64,000 nt of DNA from Leptonemataceae bacterium (GTDB taxonomy: Bacteria; Spirochaetota; Leptospiria; Leptospirales; Leptonemataceae): the NCBI GenBank assembly GCA_965227295.1, contig OZ245742.1:1824001-1888000 (forward strand), given 5' to 3'. Below the pieces are notes generated by a model. That model saw nothing but the letters and a program-made list of their open reading frames with translations. It did not search any database and was not told where the DNA came from. The stretch's first letter is position 1. Every line of letters starts with the position of its first letter. A program made the translations under genes and the position numbers. Positions 21,817 to 31,758 of the stretch are shown here, in pieces.

Positions 21817-21860
21817 CGGCGCGGGGCATACATACTCTTCCAGGTGTATGCCCCGTGCCG
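21817..21860 (+). terminator. long hairpin after tRNA-Tyr
   Basis: CGGCGCGGGGCATACA...TGTATGCCCCGTGCCG, a 16-bp stem with one G-T pair; no clear U tract. Confidence 0.5.
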
Positions 21861-21890
21861 AATGTGTTGTCACACAAAAGTCGTATGTGG

Positions 21891-22016
21891 CTCAGCCGTA
21901 GCCACATCAAAGCCTTCCTCATTGCGCAGCTTACCTTTCGATTCTCACGGTCCACACCGTGAACCACGGCTCTTGAACTACCCGAAGCTTTCCATTGGTT
22001 CGGTCACGCCCCAAAT
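21891..22016. repeat. third, partial and diverged copy of the 376-bp repeat unit
   Basis: CTCAGCCGTAGCCA...TTGCGCAGCTTAC...TTCTCACGG...CTTGAACTACC...CACGCCCCAAATC is collinear with 17638-17764. Confidence 0.75.
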
Positions 22017-22491
22017 CTAGCGTGCTGCTGAAAAAGTCATTCGAAAGCGGACCGATTTGCTTTAAGTTCTTCTACGAAAGCTTTAGTATCGTAGCCTTTG
22101 TCGGCGCCCAGAGTGACGCGGGGCCGATGATTGCTTCGGCGTAGTTCCTTCATGAAGATGGCTGCCGCATCGCGTTCCGCCGTGCCGGTCGCGCGTGTCA
22201 CGGCGAGGCAGTTCCGATTTTCCATAAGGACATGCCCCATATACACCAGCCGGGCTATCGATGGGCGACCGAAGGCCGGATACATTTCATCAAATCGATC
22301 GCTAAGATTCGCGAGGACCGCATTCGTCAGCTTGCGAATGTCACGCAACGGATGGTTGGCCGGAATCCGGTCCTCCATTGAAACATGACTCCAGATACTC
22401 GGTTGCTTTTCTTCTTCGCCGCGCATGCGACGAAATCTGAACAAGCACCGCTAAATCGCCAGGAGCATTCGACTTTTTCAGCAGGCACTAG
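22017..22491 (-). mobile_element. internally deleted IS5-family element
   Basis: 14-bp perfect IR core CTGCTGAAAAAGTC (22025-22038 / 22471-22484) with CTAG at both ends. ORF 22037-22426 joins the transposase N-terminus (RIPANHPLR...GRPSIA) directly to YMGHVLMENRN...GADKGYD. Confidence 0.88.
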
Positions 22492-22507
22492 AGCAAGTCG
22501 CTCGTTT

Positions 22508-23572
22508 TCAAAAAATGTGATCGTCCAACCCGAGCGTCACCTTGCCCCGCGGCCCTTCGAAGGAGACGCGGTTGATGTACACGGCCCTGAGCGGTTGCGA
22601 CTTGCCTTTGACGCTCAGTTCCACTTCTTCCAGGGTATCGGCGTCCACGCTGTCGTGGGCAAGTTGAATCGTGTCCGCTGACGCAAGGATGCTGTTCGGC
22701 CGCGCCGCGCGTTCCAGTCGCGCCGCCGTGTTCACCGCGTCGCCGATGAACGTGAGTTCCATGAAATCATCGGAGCCGATGCTGCCGAGGATGCAGGTGC
22801 CGGTGTGAATGCCGATGCGTAACTGCACTTCAGGTTGATCTTGTTTCGTGCGAAAAAGGTTGAGAATGTTGAACTGCTTCTGGATTTCGATGCCCGAGAT
22901 CAACGCCTTTAAGGGATCCTCAAAGACAGCGAAGATGGAATCGCCCATGATCTTGTCGACGAAGCCGCCGTTGTGCAGGATTGTCGAAGAGGTGGCGCCG
23001 ATGGAAAGATTGAGCATATCCAGGATTTCGTCCGGAGAGTTCTGTTCGGCGAGGGCGGTGTAGGAAACCAGGTCCGCGAAGAAAAACGTAAACACGCGCG
23101 ACTCGTTGGGAATGTAGTCGTAGCCGGAGTCCACCGCGCTCCGGGCCCGTTTGATCAACTGCCGCGAGATGTAGCGCTTCATCAACTGGTGCGCGCGCAG
23201 GTTGACTTCGTAGTTCCCGGTGTCGATCTTGACGCCGGGACCCGGGTCGATGTCCTGCAGGATCATGCGGTAGTAGCCGTCTTCGTCCCGGTAGCCGGAG
23301 ATCTGGTACAGTCGGGTTTTGCCGTCGGCGGAGCGCAGAAGGGCACGGTAGTTTTTGAACGGCTTCTCCCAGATTTTGCGACGAACGAAAAGATCCTGGA
23401 AGAATTCCATGCTCAGAAAACGCAGCACGGTATGTCGGCGGGCTTCTTCCCGATCGTAGCCGAGAGTTCGCAGCAGGCGAGAGGATACGGCTTTGATCTT
23501 GAGGTCGGGGCCGACCACGACAGGATGAAACTCCAGCCGGCCCAACAGGGAATGCAGATCGAAGGCGCTCAA
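22508..23572 (-). CDS. class III adenylate/guanylate cyclase with PAS-like N-terminus
   Basis: FADLVSYT, VDKIMGD, RIGIHTG, GDAVNTAARLE, VKGK. Confidence 0.93.
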   Translation of the reverse strand: MSAFDLHSLLGRLEFHPVVVGPDLKIKAVSSRLLRTLGYDREEARRHTVLRFLSMEFFQDLFVRRKIWEKPFKNYRALLRSADGKTRLYQISGYRDEDGYYRMILQDIDPGPGVKIDTGNYEVNLRAHQLMKRYISRQLIKRARSAVDSGYDYIPNESRVFTFFFADLVSYTALAEQNSPDEILDMLNLSIGATSSTILHNGGFVDKIMGDSIFAVFEDPLKALISGIEIQKQFNILNLFRTKQDQPEVQLRIGIHTGTCILGSIGSDDFMELTFIGDAVNTAARLERAARPNSILASADTIQLAHDSVDADTLEEVELSVKGKSQPLRAVYINRVSFEGPRGKVTLGLDDHIF

Positions 23573-23655
23573 CTTAACATATCCCTGATCGTTCAGGATT
23601 GTCGGTCAAGCTGAAATCCTGACAGTCCGGGACTAATTACTTAAAAATATTTATT

Positions 23656-25077
23656 ATGCGAAGAGAGCAGTATTCGGCCGAACTCAGTGTTGCGTTGGCC
23701 TCGTTGGCGGAAGAGATCACTCCGGCCTCTCGCGCGAAGCTGGCCGGCCTGTTGCTGCACGACATCGAACGCATGCGTCGGGCCTTCGGTCCTTCTCTCA
23801 AAGATGAAGACAGCGGCTATCTGGATGCGGCCGCCGTGACCGTGCGCCGGGAACTCGCGGACATTGCGGCCGATGAAGCGGGTCAGGCCTGCCGCGCTCC
23901 ATCTGTCCTGCGCCGTTTCGACCAACGCTACGGTACGGAGCGGTCCGCGGCCTTCGCGGCGTTATTGTACCACTGCGCCTGGTTGACGGCGGCGTCCCGG
24001 GACGGCGTGGACTCGGACGAGGAACGCGTGCTGCACGAACTCTGGGCGGAGCTCGGTCGTCCGGCATCCGAAAGATCACGCGCTGCTTTGCAGGAGGATG
24101 CATCGGCGCCGAACGAACTGGATCGCAACGAAGTCGGAGAAGATCTGGACGCGGCGTTGAACGAACTGCAATCGCTGATCGGTCTGGATGAAGTGAAGTC
24201 CCAGGTGTTCACTCTCGTAAACTTTCTGAAAGTCCAGGCGGAACGCAAGCGTCGCGGCCTGGGGGAAACTTCCACGTCGTTGCACTGCGTGTTCATGGGA
24301 CCGCCGGGTACCGGTAAGACCACGGTGGCGCGGATCTTAAGTCGCATTTTTCATCACTCAGGATTTCTCGAAAAAGGGCACCTGGTGGAAACAGATCGCG
24401 CGGGACTGGTGGGCCAGTACATCGGTCACACGGCGAAGAAAACCGAGGAGCGCGTGCAGGAAGCGTTGGGCGGCGTGTTGTTCATCGACGAGGCTTACGC
24501 CCTCAAGGTCGAAGACGGCGGCCGGGACTTCGGCCAGGAGGCCATCGACATTCTCATTAAACGCATGGAGGATTTACGCGAGGAGTTCGTGCTCATTGCC
24601 GCCGGTTATCCGGACGAGATGCAGCGCTTCGTGCAGTCGAACCCCGGTCTGGAATCGCGCATCAATCGGTACATTCGTTTTGATCACTACAAACCCGACG
24701 CGTTGTTGTCCATCTTTCGCTTGTTCTGCGAGAAGGCGGCTTATCGTCTGGAAGATGCGGCCGCCGATCGCTTACGGCGGGTCTTCGCGGAGGAATACGC
24801 GAATCGCGGGCGTACGTTCGGCAACGGCCGATTGGCGCGCAACCTGTTCGAGAAAATCATCGAACGCCAGGCCAATCGCCTGGCGCAGCACGTGCACAGC
24901 TTAAGTGATGATGATTTAGTATTAATCACCGTAGCGGATGTCGTCCCGGGCACTACTCCGGAGCCGGAGGGCGGGCCGGAGCCTGCCACGGTTGAAGAGG
25001 GCCCCGTCGATCAGGGCCCCGCCGATCCCCGAACCGCGGAGACGCCGGAGTGGTTGAAGCGCCGCCGTCGTCCTTAA
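23656..25077 (+). CDS. AAA+ ATPase, CbbX/SpoVK family
   Basis: LIGLDEVK, GPPGTGKT, LVGQYIGHT, LFIDEAY, AGY, NPGLESR, FGNGR. Confidence 0.92.
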   Translation: MRREQYSAELSVALASLAEEITPASRAKLAGLLLHDIERMRRAFGPSLKDEDSGYLDAAAVTVRRELADIAADEAGQACRAPSVLRRFDQRYGTERSAAFAALLYHCAWLTAASRDGVDSDEERVLHELWAELGRPASERSRAALQEDASAPNELDRNEVGEDLDAALNELQSLIGLDEVKSQVFTLVNFLKVQAERKRRGLGETSTSLHCVFMGPPGTGKTTVARILSRIFHHSGFLEKGHLVETDRAGLVGQYIGHTAKKTEERVQEALGGVLFIDEAYALKVEDGGRDFGQEAIDILIKRMEDLREEFVLIAAGYPDEMQRFVQSNPGLESRINRYIRFDHYKPDALLSIFRLFCEKAAYRLEDAAADRLRRVFAEEYANRGRTFGNGRLARNLFEKIIERQANRLAQHVHSLSDDDLVLITVADVVPGTTPEPEGGPEPATVEEGPVDQGPADPRTAETPEWLKRRRRP

Positions 25078-25092
25078 TCAGGACCGTATCGT

Positions 25093-25677
25093 ATGCCGGA
25101 ATTCAGCCGCGAGCAAGTCGAAGCGTTACTGCGGGCCTATCCCGACGGTCTGCGCTTGCCGAAGCTGGACCTGGCCGGCCTGGACCTGGCGTACCTGGAC
25201 CTGCGTCGCAGCGATTTTACCGGCAGCGATCTACGGGGAACGGATTTCACCGGGGCGAATCTGGACGGGGCGTGTTTTTCGCGCTGCCGACTGGATGCCG
25301 TCAACTTTCGCGACAGTAACCTGCGCGCGGCGAACTTTAACGGGGCCGCCGGTGCCCGGATACTGTTCACCGGAGCGGATGCCCGGGACGCCTCTTTCGT
25401 GTACGCGAGGTTCGAAGAGGTCGGCTTCGTCAACGCCGCGTTGCACAACGCCGGCTTCGTATGTACGGCTCTGCCCCTGGCGGATCTCAGCGGCGCGAAC
25501 GCGGAGGCCGCTAACTTCATCGGAGCGGACCTTACGGGTGCGCTGCTGCGGGGGACGTTGCTTGCCGGGGCCTCGTTCGCCGAGGCCGACGTCTCCCGCT
25601 GGGCCCTGGACGAGGCGCAACGGGAGGCGATCATCCTGCGCGACGCGGATGAGGGTTACTACGGCGAGCCGGTGTGA
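25093..25677 (+). CDS. pentapeptide repeat protein
   Basis: Continuous A(D/N)(L/F)xx repeats. Confidence 0.92.
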   Translation: MPEFSREQVEALLRAYPDGLRLPKLDLAGLDLAYLDLRRSDFTGSDLRGTDFTGANLDGACFSRCRLDAVNFRDSNLRAANFNGAAGARILFTGADARDASFVYARFEEVGFVNAALHNAGFVCTALPLADLSGANAEAANFIGADLTGALLRGTLLAGASFAEADVSRWALDEAQREAIILRDADEGYYGEPV

Positions 25678-25735
25678 ACACCGGTCCCGGGAGTGCTCCG
25701 CCCGGGAGAGCACTCCGTCGCAGAACCCGCCGACG

Positions 25736-27010
25736 CTATTGAAAATCGCCGAGGGTTACCCCGCCGGGATTCGCGGCGCCGCTGGATACGGCGTACGGAG
25801 GATTGAAAACGATCGTCGCGGTGTTCGTCGCCGGTACGTTTTCGTATACGTAGTTGCCTGAATCAGTCGTGACGAAGGCGTCCAGCCGGCCGTCGCCGGT
25901 GAGATGCCCGAGTTCCACGGAACCACTATCGCGGCGTTCGTACGATATGAACGCGGCGGCGAAATTCGGGCGGCCGTAAAGTTCCATCTGATTTTCCAGG
26001 ACGTAGTCGCGTTCTTTCGAAGTGTTCGCAACGAACGCATCGATATCGCCGTCGCCGTCCAGGTCACCCACGGCGACGTCGTTGGAAGACGTTTCGCCGA
26101 GGTCGGGGAGTTGTTTGACGGTAAAGATCGCGCTGCCGTCGTTTTCGTAGAAGACGTTCGCCGCACCGTAGTTGGATACGATGACGTCCATGTCGCCGTC
26201 TTGATCGAAGTCCGCGGCCGCGGCGCCGGTGGATGTATCCATGGTCGTACTGATGACGTCGCGAACGAAGAAGCCCGATCCGTCGTTGTAATAAAGCTGA
26301 TTCTGTTCCGCCGCGGCGTTGGCGATCACGGCGTCTTTGTCGCCGTCGCCGTCAAAGTCCGCGAGCGCGACGCTCTCACTCGTGTTCGTCGCGACGTTCG
26401 CGTCCGCCTGAGCGAAGCTGCCGCCGCCGGTGTTGCGATACACTATGTTCTGGTGGTCGCGGTTTACCACGAACGCCTCGGGTCGGCCGTCTCCGGTGAG
26501 ATCGGCCACCGCGACGTCGGCGCTGTCGTTCGTGCCGCTGCCGGCCTGATTTACCGTAAAGTTTCCCTGACCATCATTTAAGAACACCAGGTTCTCGGCC
26601 GGCCCGGTAACGAGGCCCGCTCCGAGTTGTTCGATATTGGCGGAGAATGCATCCAGGTCACCGTCCCCGTCGAAATCACCGCTCGCCATACCGAGGGTGA
26701 GAGTTTCTTTCGAATGCGTTTGAGACGGGAGGAACGCCCCCGTCCCGATATTTGCATAGAACGTATCTTTCTCATCGAAGCTGCCGACGAGGGCGTCGTC
26801 TGTGGGAACCGCGGGTTGTGAGAGGCCGGCGGCCGCGACGAGACCGGCGGCAACCAGGGGAGCCGGGACGTCATCATTTCCGCCGCCCGTGAAGGCGGGG
26901 CCGTTACCGCCGCAGTGAGCAAACGTCGCAATGATTCCAGCGGCGCAGAGCGCGGCGCATCGGCGACCCCACTGCGGGTGAGAATCGTATTGCATGTGTA
27001 AATGTTGCAT
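25736..27010 (-). CDS. FG-GAP/VCBS repeat lipoprotein
   Basis: Lipobox-like FAHC; six GDFDGDGD(L/K/I)D-type repeats. Start uncertain (27010 or 26995). Confidence 0.88.
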   Translation of the reverse strand: MQHLHMQYDSHPQWGRRCAALCAAGIIATFAHCGGNGPAFTGGGNDDVPAPLVAAGLVAAAGLSQPAVPTDDALVGSFDEKDTFYANIGTGAFLPSQTHSKETLTLGMASGDFDGDGDLDAFSANIEQLGAGLVTGPAENLVFLNDGQGNFTVNQAGSGTNDSADVAVADLTGDGRPEAFVVNRDHQNIVYRNTGGGSFAQADANVATNTSESVALADFDGDGDKDAVIANAAAEQNQLYYNDGSGFFVRDVISTTMDTSTGAAAADFDQDGDMDVIVSNYGAANVFYENDGSAIFTVKQLPDLGETSSNDVAVGDLDGDGDIDAFVANTSKERDYVLENQMELYGRPNFAAAFISYERRDSGSVELGHLTGDGRLDAFVTTDSGNYVYENVPATNTATIVFNPPYAVSSGAANPGGVTLGDFQ

Positions 27011-27113
27011 AATCGTACTGTAGGAACTTCGTCGGGCGATTTCAACCAGGCGTGAAGCCCGGATCGTGCCGGATACACGGTTGCAGAAAAAACGCCGCTG
27101 CGCACAGTGCGCT

Positions 27114-28715
27114 ATGACGACGGAACGCTTCACGAAGCTTTCTCTGGCCGCGCGCGGTGAGCGGGCCTACAATTATCTGCGCTGGTTTCTGCTGTTTGTG
27201 TTCTCCGCCGCGGTGGCCAGTTCGGCCCTGAACGGCGTCCTGCCTCCGGCCACTCTGCCGTATTTTATGGCCGGCCTCGGGCTCTTCGCCTTCGCGGCCG
27301 TGCTGTCGTTCATACTCCAGCGCTTTGCTCGTTTTCACGTCTCGTTCACGTACGTATTTTTTACCCTGGAGTGCGTCGGCCTGTTGATCGTAAACATGAG
27401 TTATCTCAGCATCGAAGGCCGCGCGCAACTCGCGCCGCTGCGCAATAACGTCTTTTACGCGGTCTATGCCCTGTTGATCATCGGCGGAGTGCTGCGTTTT
27501 TCGCCGGTGTTTAATCTTATATCCGGCAGCGTACTGGCCGGAATCTACCTGGCCGTTCACTTCGTCGCCATGGCGGTCGTGCCCGGACTTTCGTTCTCCG
27601 GCGCCCGGGCCGTGAGCCCCGAGTATCACGTCGCCGCTGTGGACATGGTCATCGGAGCCGTGTTCATTTTCGTGGGCGGGTTGATACTGGCCGCCGCGAC
27701 GCGGTACGTGCGGCGTTTGTTGATCCAGGCGAGCGATTCCGATGCGCAGAATGCGGAGACCCTGGGCTGGCTGGAAGCGTTGATCGGCGACGCGGCGAAC
27801 ACCGTAAACGCCGTGGCCGGTACCGCTCAGGAACTGGATGCCATTACCGCCGAAGACGAGGTCAGCGAACAACAGCGCGTGGCGGCCATCGAAGAAACCT
27901 CGGCCACTACCGAAGAAATGAACGCGGCTATGAATGCCGTGAGCCGGCAAACTCACAACCAGGATAACTTATGCGATGAAAATCTTACGTCCGTGCAGGC
28001 GTTGAATCGTTTGCTGGACGAAGTCCTGGAACTGAGTCGTTCCATCTCCGCCGAATCGCGGGAGATGCTGGAGCAGGCCGCCGCCGGGGAGACCCGCATC
28101 AACGAGGCCGTCGGAGTGATCGAGGGCATTGAAGCGCGCACCGACGAGGTGGCCGAGGCGCTCACCGTAATCAACGGCATTGCCGATCGCACGAATCTGC
28201 TGGCGCTGAATGCCGCCATCGAAGCGTCCCGGGCCGGGGAAGAAGGTCGCGGCTTTACCGTGGTCGCCGACGAGGTCGGAAAGCTCGCCGAAGAATCGTC
28301 ACGCAACGCGAAAAAGATCGAGGGCAGCATTCGCGATACCAAAGACGTCGCCCGCCGCGGCGTCGAATACTCGGCATCCACTCTGGAAGCATTGCGTCGC
28401 ATTATCGGTGGTATTGAAACGTTCGTCCAGCGCATGGAAGCCGTTCACGGTCGTTTGCAGGAACAACACAGCGCCGGGCAAACGGTGCTCTCGCAGACGG
28501 AGCGCATTCAATCGATGGCCCGGGCCATTCGCAAGGCTACTGACGAACAGCTCTCCGGGCTGCGGGAGATTCAAAATTCCATGACGGACATTACCAAACG
28601 TTCGGAGACGGCGAAGGAGTCCGCCGAAAAGATTCGCACGGTGGCTTCGAACCTGGCGCGCAGCAGCGCCGAACTGAACGAACGCATCGAAAGCGCGCGG
28701 CAAATGACTGTTTGA
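27114..28715 (+). CDS. methyl-accepting chemotaxis protein
   Basis: N-terminal TM bundle; signalling hairpin [33 protein letters not shown]. Confidence 0.95.
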   Translation: MTTERFTKLSLAARGERAYNYLRWFLLFVFSAAVASSALNGVLPPATLPYFMAGLGLFAFAAVLSFILQRFARFHVSFTYVFFTLECVGLLIVNMSYLSIEGRAQLAPLRNNVFYAVYALLIIGGVLRFSPVFNLISGSVLAGIYLAVHFVAMAVVPGLSFSGARAVSPEYHVAAVDMVIGAVFIFVGGLILAAATRYVRRLLIQASDSDAQNAETLGWLEALIGDAANTVNAVAGTAQELDAITAEDEVSEQQRVAAIEETSATTEEMNAAMNAVSRQTHNQDNLCDENLTSVQALNRLLDEVLELSRSISAESREMLEQAAAGETRINEAVGVIEGIEARTDEVAEALTVINGIADRTNLLALNAAIEASRAGEEGRGFTVVADEVGKLAEESSRNAKKIEGSIRDTKDVARRGVEYSASTLEALRRIIGGIETFVQRMEAVHGRLQEQHSAGQTVLSQTERIQSMARAIRKATDEQLSGLREIQNSMTDITKRSETAKESAEKIRTVASNLARSSAELNERIESARQMTV

Positions 28716-28736
28716 TCGGCGGGCGTCTTCGCGCCG

Positions 28737-29894
28737 TCAACACGCATCTCCGCCCCCGTCGACCAGAGCGCGCCACTCATTCTTTTGTGCATCGAAGATG
28801 TGAATCGTGTAACCCGCGGCGTCGAAACCGTAGTGCAGGAAGATGATCTCCGGCGCGCCGTCGCCATTCACGTCGACCAGGTTCGAAAAGTAGTACCGGC
28901 CGCCGTAGCCCATCTGATCCCCGGAGAGTTTTTCGAATTTCTCGAACTCCACGGCGTCGACGCTGCGCCGGTCCTTGCGCAAACGTACGATCAGCGCCAC
29001 GTAGTACTGTTCCGGAGCCCAGGCATCGTCTTTCATGATCGCCGCCACCGAGAAGCGGGCGACGGCGTAAGTGGCTTTGTCGCGAAAGTTGCGAAAGCGA
29101 TACAGGGCGTCGTACTTGAAGTTCTGCTTGAGTTGCTCCGACGGCACGCCGCCTTTCGCGAAGACCAGGCGCGCCCGGCGCGAGAGTTCTGTGACCAGGT
29201 CCTCGAAGTCCGGATGAGGCTCGTGTTTCGCGTCCGGCAGGTTCTCGGCGATGCGCGTTAACTGAAAATCACGGAGACTTACGCCGGCGCTGACCACGTA
29301 CGGCCGGTTGAACCGCGACTTCAGCCCCGGGTTCGGTGCGCGCAGCCCTTCGTTTACCTGGCAGCCGCCCACCTCACCGTACTCCAGGCCGCGGATGATG
29401 CCCGTCTCAATGCCGCCGTCGCTGGCTTCGAGTTTCGCCCGGCGTCGTGCCGCATCCTTCGCCCACATCAAGTAGGCCTTATCGTTCCCGGAAACACCGA
29501 CCCACTGCTGCTTTGCGCGCAGCGCCAGGGGCCGGACCTGCATGTCTTCGCCCTCATGGGATCGAACCAAACCGACAAAGGCCGCTTCGGTCATTTGATC
29601 CGGCGATACCGGCGAAAGAAAATCCATGGCTGCGAAGCCTTCGAGCTTTCCTTTTTCGTAGCGGACGCGCACCCACTGGTAGCCGCCTTCGAACTTCCAG
29701 TCGTCGTCCAGTATCGTGAGTTTCGCCCCGCGCGGCGCGGCGCCGACGATTTTACCGCCCGGTGTCGCGCGCAGGTTGAGCGGATCCTTTTCGGTGAGCA
29801 CATAGTAGACGTCGCCGGTGGATTGGGCGGAGAGCATCATGGCTCCGAAGGCTAAGATAAATCCAGTAACGGTTAAGGAGGCGTAGTATCTCAT
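28737..29894 (-). CDS. secreted SH3b-domain protein
   Basis: Signal peptide, PLNLRATP...WVRVRY...GF SH3b; C-terminal DVNGDGAPE. Confidence 0.8.
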   Translation of the reverse strand: MRYYASLTVTGFILAFGAMMLSAQSTGDVYYVLTEKDPLNLRATPGGKIVGAAPRGAKLTILDDDWKFEGGYQWVRVRYEKGKLEGFAAMDFLSPVSPDQMTEAAFVGLVRSHEGEDMQVRPLALRAKQQWVGVSGNDKAYLMWAKDAARRRAKLEASDGGIETGIIRGLEYGEVGGCQVNEGLRAPNPGLKSRFNRPYVVSAGVSLRDFQLTRIAENLPDAKHEPHPDFEDLVTELSRRARLVFAKGGVPSEQLKQNFKYDALYRFRNFRDKATYAVARFSVAAIMKDDAWAPEQYYVALIVRLRKDRRSVDAVEFEKFEKLSGDQMGYGGRYYFSNLVDVNGDGAPEIIFLHYGFDAAGYTIHIFDAQKNEWRALVDGGGDAC

Positions 29895-29999
29895 GGCTGG
29901 TCCCTGAATAATGTACAGGCGAGCCCGTTTGCGGCGGGGCGCCCAAAACTAAAAAAACCTCTAAAACTACACGATGTTTTTGCACGGCGCGGCCGCGAT

Positions 30000-30032
30000 A
30001 AAAAAAAGGCCCCCACGCGGTGTGGAGGCCTT
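30000..30032 (-). terminator. intrinsic terminator
   Basis: Minus strand AGGCCTCCAC-ACCGC-GTGGGGGCCT followed by a T run. Confidence 0.85.
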
Positions 30033-30060
30033 CACGGATGCACATTCGTCAGAATCAGCT
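30000..30060 (-). ncRNA. candidate ~60-nt sigma54-dependent small RNA (or attenuated leader)
   Basis: Bounded by the sigma54 promoter at 30071-30086 and the terminator at 30000-30032. Confidence 0.55.
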
Positions 30061-30070
30061 ACTGGAACAG

Positions 30071-30086
30071 TGCAACGGCCGTGCCA
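30071..30086 (-). promoter_or_regulatory. sigma54 -24/-12 promoter
   Basis: Minus strand TGGCACGGCCGTTGCA, an exact match to TGGCACG-N4-TTGCW, in an intergenic region. Confidence 0.8.
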
Positions 30087-30244
30087 TGATAGACGGCCCT
30101 GGAATCCGGGGGTTCACGGAAAACAGAACGGGCGCTCTGCCGTTCTGGCAGGGGAATGCCGGATCGGCAGGGCTGAAACCGAACGCCGACGTCGGCGTCT
30201 TACGAGCACAGGGCTGATGTGGAAAAGAATTGCCGGGGGCACCG

Positions 30245-30285
30245 GTGTATATACACTGTCCGTCCCGAATCGCATCGGCTATAAT
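30245..30285 (+). promoter_or_regulatory. 12-bp palindrome and -10 box upstream of thiolase
   Basis: GTGTATATACAC (30245-30256); TATAAT (30280-30285). Confidence 0.45.
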
Positions 30286-30318
30286 TAGCGTATTTATTGG
30301 AAGCAACAGGAGCGCAGC

Positions 30319-31590
30319 ATGAGTGATAAACCCTACATCCTGGGCGGGGCCCAGACCGACTTCGCCCGGAACTGGTCGAAAGAGGGCAAGACCTTCGTTT
30401 CGATGTTCCGCGAGATCGTCGAAGACGGACTGATGGCCGTGGGCCTGGACTACGACGAAATCATCCGCCTGAACAAAGAAAATCGCGTCGCCGTTTTCGT
30501 CGGCAACTTCGACGCGGAGCAGTACGCGAATCAGGGTCACCTGGGCGCGTTCCTGACCGAAGTGCACCCGGCCTTCTACGGCGTGCCTGGCGCTCGCTAC
30601 GAAGCGGCCTGCGCTTCCGGCTCCGTGGCCCTCGACGCCGCCGGCACCAAAATCCGTGCCGGTGACTACGACGTCGCCATCGTCGTCGGCCTGGAAGTGA
30701 TGAAGACCGTTTCGTCCGCCGTGGGTGGCGACTTCCTCGGCACCGCGGCTTACTACGAAAAAGAGGCGAAGGGCATTGAGTTCCCCTTTCCGAAACTCTT
30801 CGGCAAGCTGGCCGACGTTATCGTCGAACGCGCGAAGATCAAAGAAGACCGCGTTATGCAGGATCTCGCCGAAATCTCCCGCATCAACTACGACAACGGC
30901 AAGAAGAACCCGAAGGCGCAGACCCGGAACTGGTTCATGAACAAGGACCACGCCACCACCCGCGGCGGCGACTACAACATGGAAGTGGGCGGACGCCTGG
31001 CCATTACCGACTGCTCTCAGGTAACCGACGGCGCGGCGCTGTTAGTCCTGGCATCTCCGGCTTACGCGAAAGAGTTCGCGCAAAAGACCGGCAAGAAGAT
31101 CCAGGACTACACCGTTCTGAAAGGCTGGGGCCACCGCGTGGCGCCGATCCAGTTCGTGAACAAGGTCGAAGAATCCAAAGACGACGAGTTCATCCTGCCC
31201 TGGACCCGCCAGGCCGTCAAAGACGCCTACAGCCGCGCCGGCCTGGACATCGACAAAATCGACGTCATCGAGACCCACGACTGCTTTACCTCGAGCGAGT
31301 ACGCGGCCATCTCCGCCTTCGGAATCACCGGCCCCGGCGAAGAGTACCAGGCCATCGAGGACGGCGTCATCGACTTCAAAGGCAAGAAACCCATCAATCC
31401 CAGCGGCGGCCTCATTGGCGCCGGTCACCCCGTGGGCGCTTCCGGCGTTCGTATGGCCCTCGATGTGCACAAGCAAGTGAACGGCCAGGCCGGCGACTAC
31501 CAGGTCGAAGGCGCGAAGAACGGCATTATGCTGAACATCGGCGGCTCGGCGACCACGAACATGACGTTCGTCATCGGGAAAGATGACTGA
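30319..31590 (+). CDS. thiolase (acetyl-CoA acetyltransferase, SCP2-type)
   Basis: [31 protein letters not shown]. Confidence 0.93.
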   Translation: MSDKPYILGGAQTDFARNWSKEGKTFVSMFREIVEDGLMAVGLDYDEIIRLNKENRVAVFVGNFDAEQYANQGHLGAFLTEVHPAFYGVPGARYEAACASGSVALDAAGTKIRAGDYDVAIVVGLEVMKTVSSAVGGDFLGTAAYYEKEAKGIEFPFPKLFGKLADVIVERAKIKEDRVMQDLAEISRINYDNGKKNPKAQTRNWFMNKDHATTRGGDYNMEVGGRLAITDCSQVTDGAALLVLASPAYAKEFAQKTGKKIQDYTVLKGWGHRVAPIQFVNKVEESKDDEFILPWTRQAVKDAYSRAGLDIDKIDVIETHDCFTSSEYAAISAFGITGPGEEYQAIEDGVIDFKGKKPINPSGGLIGAGHPVGASGVRMALDVHKQVNGQAGDYQVEGAKNGIMLNIGGSATTNMTFVIGKDD

Positions 31591-31627
31591 GCTAAGTTAA
31601 TTTGCCGGTGGTTAACGCCGGTGAAGC

Positions 31628-31668
31628 AAAAGAGCGGCCGCTTCGGGATTCCGGGCGGCCGTTTTTTT
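31628..31668 (+). terminator. intrinsic terminator (probably bidirectional)
   Basis: AAAAGAGCGGCCGC...GCGGCCGTTTTTTT after thiolase. Confidence 0.85.
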
Positions 31669-31758
31669 GTGCGCGGGCTTTGATTAAGTGTCTAACGAAA
31701 AAGACAACCTTTGACTCAGGAAGATCAGCATCCTGAGCACTCGCGAAAGATCGTCATC

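Noticed and set aside
21655-21967. Short ORFs over the tRNA region
   Set aside because: They overlap clear tRNA-Thr and tRNA-Tyr genes and the repeat.
21813-22500. Prophage or integrative island at tRNA-Tyr
   Set aside because: No integrase and no duplicated tRNA 3' end seen in the window; only a repeat and an IS5 remnant.
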